Part shown: piece after piece, positions 30,450 through 50,273 of the stretch | Layout: each line of letters opens with the position of its first letter | Numbering within the stretch: position 1 is the stretch's first letter | Source: Tubulanus polymorphus | Lineage: Eukaryota > Animalia > Nemertea | Length of the DNA stretch: 64,000 nt | Direction: 5' to 3' | Assembly: GCF_964204645.1 (NCBI RefSeq) | Contig: NC_134035.1 | Span: 1,054,001 to 1,118,000 of the forward strand | Notes under the pieces: model-generated | What the model saw: the letters and a program-made list of their open reading frames with translations, nothing else | What the model was told of the DNA's origin: nothing | Database searches by the model: none | Position numbers and translations under genes: made by a program

Positions 30450-33119
30450 ACAGATTTGAACTTGAATATTCGGAAGCGATGAGGCCCCGAATCTTCCCAA
30501 AAACGAAAGTGAAATTGAACAACTGAACTATTTTTCTCTCACAAGCCCGCCACACCTGGCAAACCCCAAAACCTGTCGAACTGAGTGAGTCTGAGGAGAT
30601 GAAAGAACTATTTAACACAACGAACGACAAAAAACCCTCAGAGATTCTTTCTATTGTCCGCTTAACACGTCAGATAAGAAACGATCTAGCCCTGGCAAGC
30701 GAGGAAAAGGTCCCGTTTTGCTATTGCAAACGAGGCCAATTTTAAACACATGTCTAATGCATATCGATACAAGAAAAGAACGAAAATGAATTCCAACTTA
30801 CCCCTCAGTTTGATGACACGAATCACTAAAATTTATCAATGTTTTATTTGGTTGAAGATGGTGACGCTTAGAACTCAGGGCCGTACTTAGCGGGGGAGTT
30901 TAGTCCGATCTTATTCCCATATGGAAAATCCCACGTATATTCATCTTGGTCAGTCAATATTATCCTGAATCTCTGCTAATTTAAACTGCACACGGTCCAC
31001 ACACGGTACATATTCTCCCAAATCCTTCCGTGTCGTAAGGCAGCATATAAGTTTAAGTTAAGTGAATATGTATTTATCCGAGTGATTCGTGTATAGAATG
31101 TATATAGGTTAATCGCGTCTGTCCCGGTCACGGTTCCATTGAGTCGAACGTGATGGAACATTGTGCATGTATGAAACTTCAACCTCCAAACGAATAGGCA
31201 TGTTAATAAACATAAAATTAATGTTGAATCATAATTGCATTGAAGTATTCACCATGTCAAGACAATTCCTTGAAGGGTTTCGACTAGCAGATTTCCACCA
31301 GCACAGTGGTCAAGATGGCGAAAAGGGAATAAAATCAGGGCTTTCCCCGGTTCGAATCCAATCTAGAACTCATGCGGATTGAGGGCCGGATATCCCATGT
31401 TCGAAGACCCTAATCACTCCGCTTATGCTTAACTGTAACAGCTATCTTTTGTCCAAAATGGAAAACAAAAATCCAAAACCAAATCTAAGATTTATAATAT
31501 ACTGTTTTTTATTTAGTATCAAAATTAAGAAAGATTTTTGGTCGATTTTCTTCAGTTGTCAACCGTAAAATATGTGTCTTTTTTAACACTTGTTTACTTT
31601 AAAAATAGATGCTCAATATTCAAAGAATTAAATTCTTCCTGTAACTAACCACATCTTTTGTTCTTGAGACTCAACATTAATGCAGATATCGATTCATAGC
31701 AGCCAGGAGCCTGCCTCCCTCGGCCCGGGTTTTGCAGCCCCTCAGACACTCAATACATTGCCGATATCCTTCTTCAAATTTTTGATCGTAAAGAATTCTC
31801 TCGAATAATTAGTTTGTAATCAAATACAGTAGACGTCACTCAAGATCAACTCGATGTTGGTTGAAATATTTTTTGTAACACTATTCATGAAATCAGATAT
31901 CACTCAAGTCGGGCACATTTTTACAGCCCCAAATGTTCGACTTGACCCGAGTCTACTGTACTTGTTTTGAGGATGATGAGATATCACCTTGCCTCATTAG
32001 ACATTAGTCATCTATCAACACGCTTTAAAATCATCCAGACTTCACAGTTTTATGTTCAACGAGAACTTTAGTATCTGTCTTGCACACTCCAGGACTGGGT
32101 GTAAGTAAAACAGTGAAAGGGGCCTGAAGAGGGCGCTGATTCCAGGCTGCAGATCGATAGCTACATAAGACGAATTCACATGCACAAAATGCTTACAAAG
32201 TTTGGTTATAATTTGAAAATGGTTTTCAGAGACAAAAATATATAAATATATACACATTAATAATTGCGGTCGATAAAGGTATTGGTAAAATGAACGAATC
32301 GAACATTTAAACATTAAAACAGTCACCATATCTGTACATTACTAACATCAAAATAGAAACAAAACATTTGATAAAAATCCCAAGGAGGAGGATGGTGCAG
32401 AGGGGTAGCCATCTTGAGCTACCAGCTCGTTTCGGTGAAACAAATAATGTCTATATATTCGAAAATTACATGGTTAGAAACATCATCCCACCGGCCCACA
32501 CCACAGTAGCCGGGAAAACTGAAATATCTACCTACGCAGAACGCCTAATTAGATGAATTAATTTTTACGATTTCCGAGGAATTCTTCACAAAAACGTAAC
32601 ACATTTTTAAAACATGAAACACTATACAATATTCTCGTATAAACGTAATCAAAAACACCGAAAGAAACCCGCATTACATCAACCAAACAGCGTGTAACAA
32701 AACAATACATCTTCAGGGCCGAGACAAACCTGTTGATTTCAGGTAAAGTTTGTTACATGTTTCTAGATGAAAGTCGAGCGCAAATTAACTAAATCTTGAG
32801 TTGATAGAATCGTCCTATTGACACGCATGCCAACTGGAGGGGTGGCATCCACTGGGTACCCGACTGAAACCCATCCGAAGCAAAAAACTGCCGAACCGTG
32901 GCTCGCGTATCGTTTAATAAAAAGATAAAAATCTGAATACCACAAGAGAATTATTGTACATACTATTATCTATAGTACACACGCAGTGTAGTGGTTATAC
33001 TAGTAGTACGGTGTGAGTGTGCGTGCTAGCGTGTGCGCGCATGTATTAAATATGGGAGATCGACGGTGTTCCGTGCGTTCGAGCACACGCTTTTGAATAT
33101 TAATTTAGAAAAATGGTAA

Positions 33120-36100
33120 TTCCACAAATCCACATACAGAGTTCCACACCTCCTGGAGTACACCACTGACTGTTTTTTATGAGTATCAATCCACTTTAGT
33201 CCGGTTAGTTGACTTAATAGTCCAGTTAGTTCATATATAGTCTGGTTAGTTCACTAGTAGTCCGGTTAGTTCACTAATAGTCCGGTTAGTTCACTAGAAG
33301 TCCAGTTAGTTCACTAGTAGTCCGGAAGAAGTTGACTGAAGAAGTAAAACTGTGATAAATTTCAGTTGAAGTCCACCACGTCCAGTATTCGTGATGAAGT
33401 TTACACGACAGCCCGAAGAAAACCTGAAATATAAAATTGAAATCACATTAACAGGGAGACTGACTGAGAGGTTGAGGGAGGATGGGATGAGAGGTTGGGG
33501 AGGATGGGGTGATGAGGTTGGGGAGGATGGGGTGATGAGGTTGGGGAAGGATGGGGTGAGAGGTTGGGGGAGGATGAAGTGAGAGGTTGGGGTGAGGTTG
33601 AGGGAGGATGGGGTGAGAGGTTGGGGGAGGATGGGTGAAAAGGGAAGCAAAACAGCACAATAACTCTGACATAGTAAAGGCTTAAGCAAAAGTTTTCAGC
33701 AGTTTTCAGTCACACTGGATTAACAGATTCTCGTTTTACACAAGAGCCCAGCCTGTGGACGTGGGAGAAAGCTGGTGTAGCTAACTGGTCGAGTCAGCTG
33801 GTGTTAACCTGCTGAACAAGATGTGGTGGAAAAGAGGGACGAGGAAGTAACAGGAAATTGTAAGAACAGTTCATCAACAAGATTTGTGAAACTATCGCCT
33901 GCACCATGTGCAATGCAAGCAGCTAGGGTAGTGCGGCCCGTGTGTAGGCTAGAAAGTGGTTTTTGACACCGAGTGAGGTACCTGTTAGACTAGTACCTAG
34001 CCGTCGTTACCCAAACAACCCGAAACCCGTAGTAACAACGACTGACTGATTCAGAATAAATTTGGTAGGTCCCTCACCTGCTCACTGTGTCGTGACGTGT
34101 CTGCGCCGAAGTCAACTGGAGTGAGGTCCCCCTGTGCGTCGGCCCCGAGGACATGAAATATCACGAATTCTTGTCTTTTTACCCAATATCAAAATTCGTA
34201 CATTTAAAATCATCGTGGCTTTAAAGTCTTTATCAATTGAGGGAATAGTTCACTGTAAATAAAGAATTAGCGATTGAATTGAGCCCGCTCCACAGTGAAA
34301 ATAGCGCGATCAATTCAATATCGACCGTCTAGTGCTGCCCCTAGAAATAACGATAGCGTGGAAAACGTGAACTAACATCATACTCGCTTGCCAGACTCTT
34401 CGAACGGTAGTAGTGGACGAACTAATTACCGATTTGCGGGCCGGATTCCGAGGAAAATTCTCAAACTCTGAAAACTGCTCTGAAACGTTTGAACCAAACC
34501 AATTTTCTATAAAAGAATAAGCCTTAAAAGAGTAAATTTGAATCGGGGTATTTCTAGTATGGTCTGGGAGAGAGCTACAGGTGTTTGTATGTTCCCTGAT
34601 TATTTGCGCCCAATTAGAATACATCGAAGAAAAAATATGGACATTTTGTCAATTCAGATGATAAATTATCATTCAAAAATGTAAATGATTAAGTTATTCT
34701 GTATATAAATATTATATTAATTGATAAGTAAGTGATTTTTAGCTAAAAAGAATTAAATATGTTACCTAAGAAATAAGGAAATATCATGCAAAATTCAGAA
34801 CGTATTCATAGTATCATATTTAATCAGAATTAGGCGCCACACTGGTCTGTATTGTACGTAATAAGGAAATTTAAATTCCGGCGGTAAATATGCACTACTA
34901 TTTTAGTTCACAGAAATTCCGCTATCGTAATTCATAGGGGCAGCACTGAACGGTAGATATCTAACTCAGCCTCGCCATCTTACTGTGGCATGCGAGTAAT
35001 ACAGATATTTTTCTTAGCCGAATTTCGTTCAATGTTTAATATGAGTCCATTGTATATGAATAATTCTACTATTGTTTTAGGTTTTTCGAAGGGGATCATC
35101 TTTTTAAAACGAATTTCAAACTATTTTTGATAGAACTCTTTTGTCTGCGGAATGTACTAGTATCCGGTAAAGCGGTAGGCTCACATGCCAAAGGAAGAAT
35201 TTCAAGCAAATTAAATATTATTCTCTAAATAGTGCATTCAACTACCACTAATTCACTGTAACCAGAAAAAAATGTTCTGAAACTATTAAAGAAACAATTT
35301 TCTATGAAAAAATAAAGCTTAAGAGTAAATTTGAATCGGGGATATTCCTAGTTTCGTCTGGGAGAGAACGACAGGTTCTAGATGCCAGGAGCATTTTTTT
35401 TCAGTTGCCCCGTTTTTAGTTCAAACATTACCAATCGGTAGTGTCACATATTTAGTCCTCGTGGACATAAAGTTCCCTATAAGTGAAGTCAAGTTCTCCC
35501 AATATGTGTTCGTTTGTTTGTTTATCCTCTCGGTGAGTTCTAACGCTGCCCACACATATTTATCCAGTTCATCTGATGTAGGTCCTGATCAACAAACAAA
35601 AAAGTCAATATATAGTTCCTAATGATGACAAACTCCTAAAAAAATATACACGAAACTTTATAGATTTGAGGCCACCAGTCAAACATACAGAGTTAGACTT
35701 AAGTCTAATTACCGGTGTATCAGAGAAATGGCAATCTGAGGTAGGCTACTCAACAAAATGAGTGTCAGGGGTCGAATATTTTTTGTCTCCGATTTCGATG
35801 AAATTCAGTATAGACATGTATTATGGGGTGCTGATCACAAATCTGAAAGAATTTTTCGGGTCCGAGGCCCAGAAAATGAGAAATTCGAATTTTTGGGGGA
35901 CCCCCTAAATTTTCAAAAGGCCTTGGACCCCAGAGTTTTTGAGATATTCGAAATCTGATTTCAGATTTGGAATCAGCACCCCTGAAAATATAGAGGACTT
36001 AAATTTTAAACAAATCGAAGAGATTCGATTTTTTGGCTAAAAATGGCAAAAATCTAAGGTGTTAGTCCAGGAGTTTTTTTTCGGCGAAAAATTTTTTTTC

Positions 36101-38314
36101 TCTGATTCCTTCGAAAATTAGTAGGAATATGTATTCTGAGGTGTAGAATCCGGATCCGTAATCAGATTTTGAATCGGAATTCATCTTCATGAGCAAATAA
36201 GGGTTTTAATGGCCAAAATATGCACCCCAAAAATGGGGTACAAAGTCAAAATTTTTTTTGGCCCAATTTTAATGAAATTTTGTGCAGACATGTTTCTTGG
36301 GGTGCTGATTACAAATATGAGGTTAGATTTTGGATCTGAAGCTCGTAAAATGAAATATTCAGGATTTCGTGTTTCGACCCCCTTAATTTCGTCACAAATT
36401 TTGATGAAATTCGGTCCAAAAACGATTTTTATTCAATGAAATCAAATATGCAATTAATTTTTAAGGTAGAAATTGATTCTCTTACTAAAACCCTGGATTA
36501 TAATTCCTGCAACACAATTACAGGCTGCTTCAAATAACCACATTGACAATTCTTATGAAATGTAGTAAACAGAGTGAGTATCAATCCACTTATAGTCCGG
36601 TTAGTTGACTAAATAGTCCAGTTAGTTCACATATAGTCTGGTTAGTTCACTAGTAGTCCAGTTAGTTCACTAGTAGTGCGGAAGTAGTTGGCTGAAGAAG
36701 TAAAACTGTGATAAATTTCAGTTGAAGTCCACCACATCCAGTATTTGTGATGAAGTTTACACCACAGCCCGACAGAGGAAAACCTGAAATACTAAAATTG
36801 AAATCACATTAACAGGGAGACTGACTGAGAGGTCGGGGGAGGATGGGATGAGAGGTTGGGGACAATGGGGTGATGAGGTTGGGTGAGATTGAGTTTAGAG
36901 GTCGAGGGAGGATGGGGTGAGAGGTCGAGGGAGGATGGGTGAAAAGGGAAGCAAAACAGTACAATTACTCTGACATTGTTAAGGCTTAAGCAAAAGTTTT
37001 CAGCAGTTTTCAGTCACACTGGATTAAGAGATTCTCGGTTTACACAAGAGCCCAGCCTGTGGCAGTGGGAGAAAGGCGTTGTTACTAACTGGTCGAGTCA
37101 GGGCCGGGCCGGCTTCACTGTTGTGTCGTGACGTGTCTGCGTGCGAAGTCAACTGGAGTGAGGTCCCCCTGTGCGTCCCTGAGGACATGAAATATCATGA
37201 ATGCTTATCTTTTTACCCAATATCAAATTCGTACATTTAAAATCATCGTGACTTTAAAGTCTTCATCAATTGAGGGAATAGTTCACTGTAAATAAAGAAT
37301 TAGCGATTGAATTGAGCCCGCTCCACAGTAAAAATAGCGCGATCAATTCAATCTCGACCGTCTAGTGCTGCCCCTATGTATAACGATAGCGTGGAAAACG
37401 TGAACTAACATCATACTCGCTTGCCAGAGTCTTCGAACGGCAGTAGTGGACGAACTAATTACCGATTTGCGGGCCGGATTCCGAGGAAAATTCTCAAACT
37501 CTGAAAACTGCTCTGAAACGTTTGAACCAAACAAATTTTCTATAAAAGAATAAGCCTTAAAAGAGTAAATTTGAATCGGGGTATTTCTAGTATGGTCTGG
37601 GGGAGAGCGACAGGTGTTTGTATGTTCCCTGATTATTTGCGCCCAATTAGAATACATCGAAGAAAAAATATGGACATTTTGTCAATTCAGATGATAAATT
37701 ATCATTCAAAAATGTAAATGAATAAGTTATTCTGTATATAAATATTATATTAATTGATAAGTAAGTGAATTTTAGCTAAAAAGAATTAAATATGTTACCT
37801 AAGAAATAAGGAAATATCATGCAAAATTCAGAACGTATTCATAGTATCATATTTAATCAGAATTAGGCGCCACACTGGTCTGTATTGTACGTAATAAGGA
37901 AATTTAAATTCCGGCGGTAAATATGCACTACTATTTTAGTTCACAGAATTTCCGCTATCGTAATTCATAGGGGCAGCACTGAACGGTAGATATCTACTCA
38001 GCCTCGCAATCTTACTGTGGCATGCGAGTAATACAGATATTTTCCTTAGCCGAATTTCGTTCAATGTTTAATATGAGTCCATTGTATATGAATAATTCTA
38101 CTATTGTTTTAGGTTTTTCGAAGGGGATCATCTTTCTAAAACGAATTTCAAACTATTTTTGATAGAACTCTTTTGTCTGCGGAATGTACTAGTATCCGGT
38201 AAAGCGGTAGGCTCACATGCCAAAGGATGAATTTCAAGCAAATTAAATTTTATTTTCTAAAATAGTGCATTCAACTACCACTAACACTGTAACCAGAACA
38301 GAGGCCCTGAAACT
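33120..38314. repeat. Composite tandem repeat array 3 (~1.6 units)
   Basis: GAGTATCAATCCACTT at 33181 and ~36577; block D at ~34280 and ~37313. Confidence 0.9.
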
Positions 38315-38704
38315 ATTACAATTGATGTCCACGCCTGGCAATATTCATTAGCCATTTTTGCCGTGTTTTACTCCGTCATACTTGGAACGATAATGGCGAC
38401 ATATGCATAAAAGTGTACAGACTCGTATCTGGAAGCAGGTCTGGTTCGGGTAGAGCTGATCCCACCGAATTGATTTTAGCACGTGCGTGGGAGTTTGGTG
38501 ATAAATCTGTGTAATTTATTTTGCTGGCTACCGTTAATCATCGTTCAGTTTTGCGTCGTATTCGGGGTTCAAATACCGAATCAGGTGGCGGCTTGGCTGG
38601 CCGTTCTTTTCTTACTGATTAACTCGTCCCTCAATCCCCTTCTTTACACCATACTGACTCGATATGAAATCCATTCGAGCAAAAACTAAACGCTTTCGAC
38701 ATTA
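38315..38704 (+). pseudogene. 3' fragment (TM5-TM7) of the GRL101-like gene with a stop and frameshifts
   Basis: Matches 30063-30449, with CAA changed to TAA near 38408 and indels near 38410, 38483 and 38660. It starts a duplicated block (30063-~34800 vs 38315-~43200, offset ~8.25 kb). Confidence 0.9.
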
Positions 38705-41426
38705 AACAATTTGAACTTGAACATACGGAAGCGATGAGGCTCCGAATCTTCCCAAAAACGAAAGTGAAATTGTACAACTTAACTATTTTTCTCTCACAAG
38801 CCCGCCACACCTGGCAAACCCCAAAACCTGCCGAACTGAGTGGGTCTGAGGAGATGAAAGAACTATTTAACACAACGAACGACAAAAAACCCACAGAGAT
38901 TATTTCTATTGTCCGCCCACCACGTCAGATAAAAAACGATCGAGCCCTGGCAAGCGAGGAAAAGGTCCCGTTTTGCTATGGCAAACGAGACCAATTTTTA
39001 CACACATGTCTAATATATATCGATACAAGAAAAGAACGAAAATGAATTCCAACTTACCCCTCAGTTTGATGACACGAATCACTAAAATTAATCAATGTCC
39101 TATTTGGTTGAAGATGGTGACGCTTAGAAATCAGGGCCGTACTTAGCGGGGGAGTTTAGTCCGATCTCATTCCCATATGGAAAATCCCACATATATTCAT
39201 CTTGGTCAATCAATATCATCCTGAATCTCTGCTAATTTAAACTGCACACGGTCCACACACGGTCCACACACGGTACATATTCTCCCCAATCCCTTCGTGT
39301 CGTAAGGCAGCATATAAGTTTAAGTTAAGTGAATATGTATTTATCCGAGTGATTCGTGTATAGAATGTATATAGGTTAATCGCGACTGTCCCGGTCACGG
39401 TTCCATTGAGTCGAACGTGATGGAACATTGTGCATATACGAAACATCAACCTCCAAACGACGTTGATAAACATAAAATTAATGTTGAATCATAATTGCAT
39501 TGAAGTATTCACCATGTCAAGACAATTCCTTGAAGGGTTTCAACTAGCAGATTTCCACCAGCACTACAGTGGTCAAGATGGCGAAAAGGGAATAAAATCA
39601 GGGCTTTCCCAGGTTCGAATCCAATCTAGAACTCATGCGGATTCAGGGCCGGATATCCCATGTTCGAAGACCCTAATCACTCCGCTTATGCTTAACTGTA
39701 ACAGCTATCTTTTGTCCAAAATTGAAAACAAAAATCCAAAACCAAATCTAAGATTTATAATATACTGTTTTTTATTTAGTATCAAAATTAAGAAAGATTT
39801 TTGGTCGATTTTCTTCAGTTGTCAACCGTAAAATATGTGTCTTTTTTAACACTTGTTTACTTTAAAAATAGATGCTCAATATTCAAAGAATTAAATTCTT
39901 CCTGTAACTAACCACATCTTTTTTTCTTGAGACTCAACATTAATGCAGATATCGATTCATAGCAGCCCGGAGCCTGCCTCCCTCGGCCCGGGTTTTGCAG
40001 CCCCTCAGACACTCAATACATTGCCGATATCCTTCTTCAAATGTTTGATCGTAAAGAATTCTCTCGAATAATTAGTTTGTAATCAAATACAGTAGACGTC
40101 ACTCAAGATCAACTCGATGTTGGTTGAAATATTTTTTGTAACACTATTCATGAAATCAGATATCACTCAAGTCGGGCACATTTTTACAGCCCCAAATGTT
40201 CGACTTGACCCGAGTCTACTGTACTTGTTTCGAGGATGATGAGATATCACCTTGCCTCATTAGACATTAGTCATCTATCAACACGCTTTAAAATCATCCA
40301 GACTTCACAGTTTTATGTTCAACGAGAACTTTAGTATCTGTCTTGCACACTACAGGACTGGGTGTAAGTAAAACAGTGAAAGGGGCCTGAAGAGGGCGCT
40401 GATTCCAGGCTGCAGATCGATAGCTACATAAGACGAATTCACATGCACAAAATGCTTACAAAGTTAGTTTATAATTTGAAAATGGTTTTCAGAGACAAAA
40501 ATATATAAATATATACACATTAATAATTGCGGTCGATAAAGGTATTGGTAAAATGAACGAATCGAACATTTAAACATTAAAACAGTCAACATATCTGTAC
40601 ATTACTAACATCAAAATAGAAACAAAACATATGATAAAAATCCCAAGGAGGAGGGTGGTGCAGAGGGGTAGCCATCTTGAGCTACCAGCTGTTTTTGGTG
40701 AAACGGATAATGTCTATATATTCGAAAATTACATGGTTAGAAACATCATCCTGCCGGCCCACACCACAGTAGCCGGGAAAACTGAAATATCTACCTACGC
40801 AGAACGCCTAATTAGATGAATTAATTTTTACGATTTCCGAGGAATTCTTCACGAAAACGTAACACATTTTTAAAACATGAAACACTATACAATATTCTCG
40901 TAAAAACGTAATCAAAAACACCGAAAGAAACCCGCATTACATCAACCAAACAGCGTGTAACAAAACGATACATCTTCAGGGCCGAGACAAACCTGTTGAT
41001 TTAAGGTAAAGTTTGTTACATGTTTCTAGATGAAAGTAGAGCGCAAATTAACTAAATCTTGAGTTGATAGAATCGTCCTATTGACACGCATGCCAACTGG
41101 AGGGGTGGCATCCACTGGGTACCCGACTGAAACACATCCGAAGCAAAAAACTGCCGAACCGTGGCTCGCGTATCGTTTAATAAAAAGAAAAAAATCTGAA
41201 TACCACAAGAGAATTATTGTACATACTATTATCTATAGTACACACGCAGTGTAGTGGTCATACTAGTAGTACGGTGTGAGTGTGCGTGCTAGCGTGTGCG
41301 CGCATACTAGTAGTACGGTGTGAGTGTGCGTGCTAGCGTGTGCGCGCATGTATTTAATATGGGAGATCGACGGTGTTCCGTGCGTTCGAGCACACGCTTT
41401 TGAATATTAATTTAGAAAAATGGTAA

Positions 41427-43230
41427 TTCCACAAATCCACATACAGAGTTCCACACCTCCTGGAGTCCACCACTGATTGTTTTTTATGAGTATCAATCCA
41501 CTTTAGTCCGGTTAGTTGACTTAATAGTCCAGTTAGTTCATATATAGTCTGGTTAGTTCACTAGTAGTCCGGTTAGTTCACTAATAGTCCGGTTAGTTCA
41601 CTAGAAGTCCAGTTAGTTCACTAGTAGTCCGGAAGAAGTTGACTGAAGAAGTAAAACTGTGATAAATTTCAGTTGAAGTCCACCACATCCAGTATTCGTG
41701 ATGAAGTTTACACCACAGCCCGACAGAGGAAAACCTGAAATATAAAATTGAAATCACATTAACAGGGAGACTGACTGAGAGGTTGAGGGAAGATGGGATG
41801 AGAGGTTGGGGAGGATGGGGTGATGAGGTTGGGGAGGATGGGGTGATGAGGTTGGGGAGGATGGGATGAGAGGTTGGGGGAGGATGGGTAAGAGGTTGAG
41901 GGAGGATGAAGTGAGAGGTTGGGGTGAGGTTGAGGGAGGATGGGGTGAGAGGTTGAGGGACAATGGGATGAGAGGTTGGGGGAGGATGGAGTGAGAGGTT
42001 GAGGGAGGATGGGGTGAGAGGTTGGGGGAGGATGGGGTGAGAGGTTGGGGGAGGATGGGGTGAGAGGTTGAGGGTGGATGGGTGAAAAGGGAAGCAAAAC
42101 AGCACAATTATTCTGACATAGTAGCCTAAAGGCTTCAACAAAGGTTTTCAGCAGTTTTCAGTCACACTGGATTAACAGATTCTCGTTTTACACATGAGCC
42201 CAGCCTGTGGCAGTGGGAGAAAGCTGGTGTAGCTAACTGGTCGAGTCAGCTGGTCTTAACTTGCTGAACAAGATGTGGTGCCGGAGGAAGTACCGGTAAC
42301 AGGAATTGTTGGAACAGTTCAAGATTTGTGAAACTATCGCCTGCACCATGTGCAATGCAATTGCAAGCGGCTAGGGTAGTGCGGCCCATGTAGGCTAGAA
42401 AGTGGTTATTGACACCGAGTGAGGTCCCTGTTAGTCTAGCACCTAGCCGTCGTTACCCAAACAACCCGAAACCCGTAGTAACAACGACTGATTGTTTCAG
42501 AATAAATTCAGTAGGTCCCTCAGGCCTCACCTGCTCACCACTGTGACTGTAGTGTGTCGTGACGTGTCTGCCACGAAATCAACTGGAGTGAGGTCCCCCT
42601 GTGCGTCCCTGGGGACATGAAATATCATGAATTCTTATCTTTTTACCCAATATCAAATTCGTACATTTAGAATCATCGCGGCTTTATCAATTGAGGGAAT
42701 AGTTCACTGTAAATAAAGATTTAGCGATTGAATTGAGCCCGCTCCACAGTAGAATAGCGCGATCAATTCAATCTCGATCGTCTAGTGCTGCCCCTATGTA
42801 TAACGATAGCGTGGGAAATGTGAACTAACATAATACTCGCTTGCCAGAGTGTTCGAACTGCAGTAGTGGACGAACTAATTACCGATTTGCGGCCGGATTC
42901 CGAAAAAATTCCCAAACTCTGAAAACTGCTCTGAAACGTTTGAACCAAACATTTGTTCTATTAAAGAATAAGCCTTGAAAGAGTAAATTCAAATCGGGGT
43001 ATTTCTAGTATGGTGTGGGAGAGAGCGACAGAAAAAATATGGACATTTTGTCAATTCAGATCATTCAAAAATGTAAATGAATACTTTATTCTGTATATAA
43101 ATACTATATTAATTGATAAGTAAGTGAATTTTAGCTAGAAATAATTAAATATGTTACCTAAAAAATGAGGAAATATCATGCAAAATTCAGAACGTATTCA
43201 TTGTATCATATCAGAATTAGACGACACACC
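41427..43230. repeat. Composite repeat array 4 (partial unit)
   Basis: Same modules as 33120-34840. Its distal part is nearly identical to 2580-3200. Confidence 0.88.
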
Positions 43231-43689
43231 GGTCGACACATAGATGATGCATGCCAGACACCAAATGCACCTAATGTTGCCTTTGTGGACATCAAAGTGC
43301 CCTTTTGGGATGTGACAAGTCCTTCAAAATTGCTGTCCCTGTTTCATTTTAGTGGTATAAGATGTTAGAATACAGGATATTGACACATTCAAGTTCTGAA
43401 TTCTATCGATTGATGGCGCTATAGTCAGAACCGTAAATTAGAACCTAAATCCGCCATGTTTTAGTTCATTTGCAATAAAATATCACTCGCTTCAAGGTTT
43501 TAGCGAGCGTTATTTTGCTTACAGTGCGTCATCACGCGTTATCCTTTCAGTACGACATCCTCACAATCGGTCGGATGCGATAAAACCTCACTTCAAAGGT
43601 TAGAAATCACTATAAATGTCTTAAATTTACCGAAAAAAGCAAATTCAGCGACAACACTGACTAGCGCATGACGTCACAGCATCGTCCGC

Positions 43690-48929
<5,240 letters not shown>

Positions 48930-50273
48930 TTTGTCGGGACTTCGACGATAGGAATCTGCGTAGATATCATTTGTGTATCGAAAGTTTAAATTTTTTTTTC
49001 TACTGGGTTATTTTCATTTATTCTATACATTGATTAGTAAGACTGGTAGACTATTAATCTTAGTATTTATTGTTAACTAGTAAAAACCCACAGTTAATGA
49101 TATTAAATTGTCTGACGGTTTCGCAGTTTGTCTAAACTCCCAACATCAAAGAAACCAAAATGATTCAATGATACAAGTTTGTCATATCACTTTGGTTTTT
49201 CTGATGATGGTTTAATGATGAGCGCTTCGATATCAACTGATGAGTTTTTACTCGTCAAATTTTACTCACTGAATATTTGTATAGTAACTATTTCACCGGC
49301 ACGAAAACTGCCCTGAATGAATAACTTCGATCCCCGAGAGAAAGACGACGTTTAGATAGATATCAGACAGTCGGTATTGCAATTTTTCTATTAGGCGGTA
49401 AAACTTGTTTTGTTATTATGAAAACTCGATAACGCTCAATAGCGAAAATATAAAGAAATCTGGGTCGAAAGTCGTTAAAGAGTGAAAGTAAATTATTCCG
49501 ACCATTAAAAGAAAAAAGAGATGAATTATGATCGTATTTCTGAAAGGTTTTATAAAGAGAAATCATCAATGTCAGGTAGTACGTGTGTCAAATCCCTCGC
49601 TCTGTCTACTCGATTATTTCTATGATGAAAAGAAAGACGTTCTCGGAACGGATGAATTGCAAAGCAGTTCCAAAGAAACCTATTGAAATTCTGCGCCTAA
49701 TTTTGTATTTGTGTATATGTATAGACCAGGGCGGATTTAGGGAAGGGGGATTTAGGGGGGCACCGGGACGCGTGTCAGTTTTCAATGGTGGATGAACAGA
49801 GATTGATTTAGGCTCTTTTTCTCTATTGGCGCTAATGTAAATGTTGCTTCAAAAAAAATCCGGTTCTAGATCTTAAAAATTGATCTTTGTGTTGATCCAT
49901 AACGCAGAAATGGTTTATCTTTGTCAGAATTTTACCGACAAGTTCTGCCTCAGTGAATATAACATTGGGGGTGAATTTGTGAACTAACTTACAATTGGGA
50001 TGCCCCGGAAGCGATTTTGACCGTCAGTACTACCTCCGAATATAACATTGACGGCTAGATAGTTTATTTTTATACATACTTTATTTTGTATTCGCTAGCC
50101 TTGCAATATCTCATCGTCGACTAGCCGCCCTTACTTCTCGTAAATCGTGAATTCGAATAACAAGCTTTAAATCACTTCTGCTTTTCTCAAGAAATAACCG
50201 TAATTTGAAATAAAAAGAAGTGGGAAGGCTATTATTATTACTTGCTTTTAATTCTATTCGTTTATCGACAGAT

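Noticed and set aside
30876-31744. Possible hAT-like MITE (CAGGGCCGTA...TGCAGCCCCTC); similar start at ~49727
   Set aside because: The TIR match is weak and I found no TSD.
32690-32725. Other hammerhead-like cores (CTGAAGA on the minus strand here, 32124 and 49238 on the plus strand)
   Set aside because: They lack the GAAA after stem II and a closing stem I.
41259-41349. 44-bp tandem duplication relative to 32998-33045
   Set aside because: An ordinary local slippage event with no further structure.
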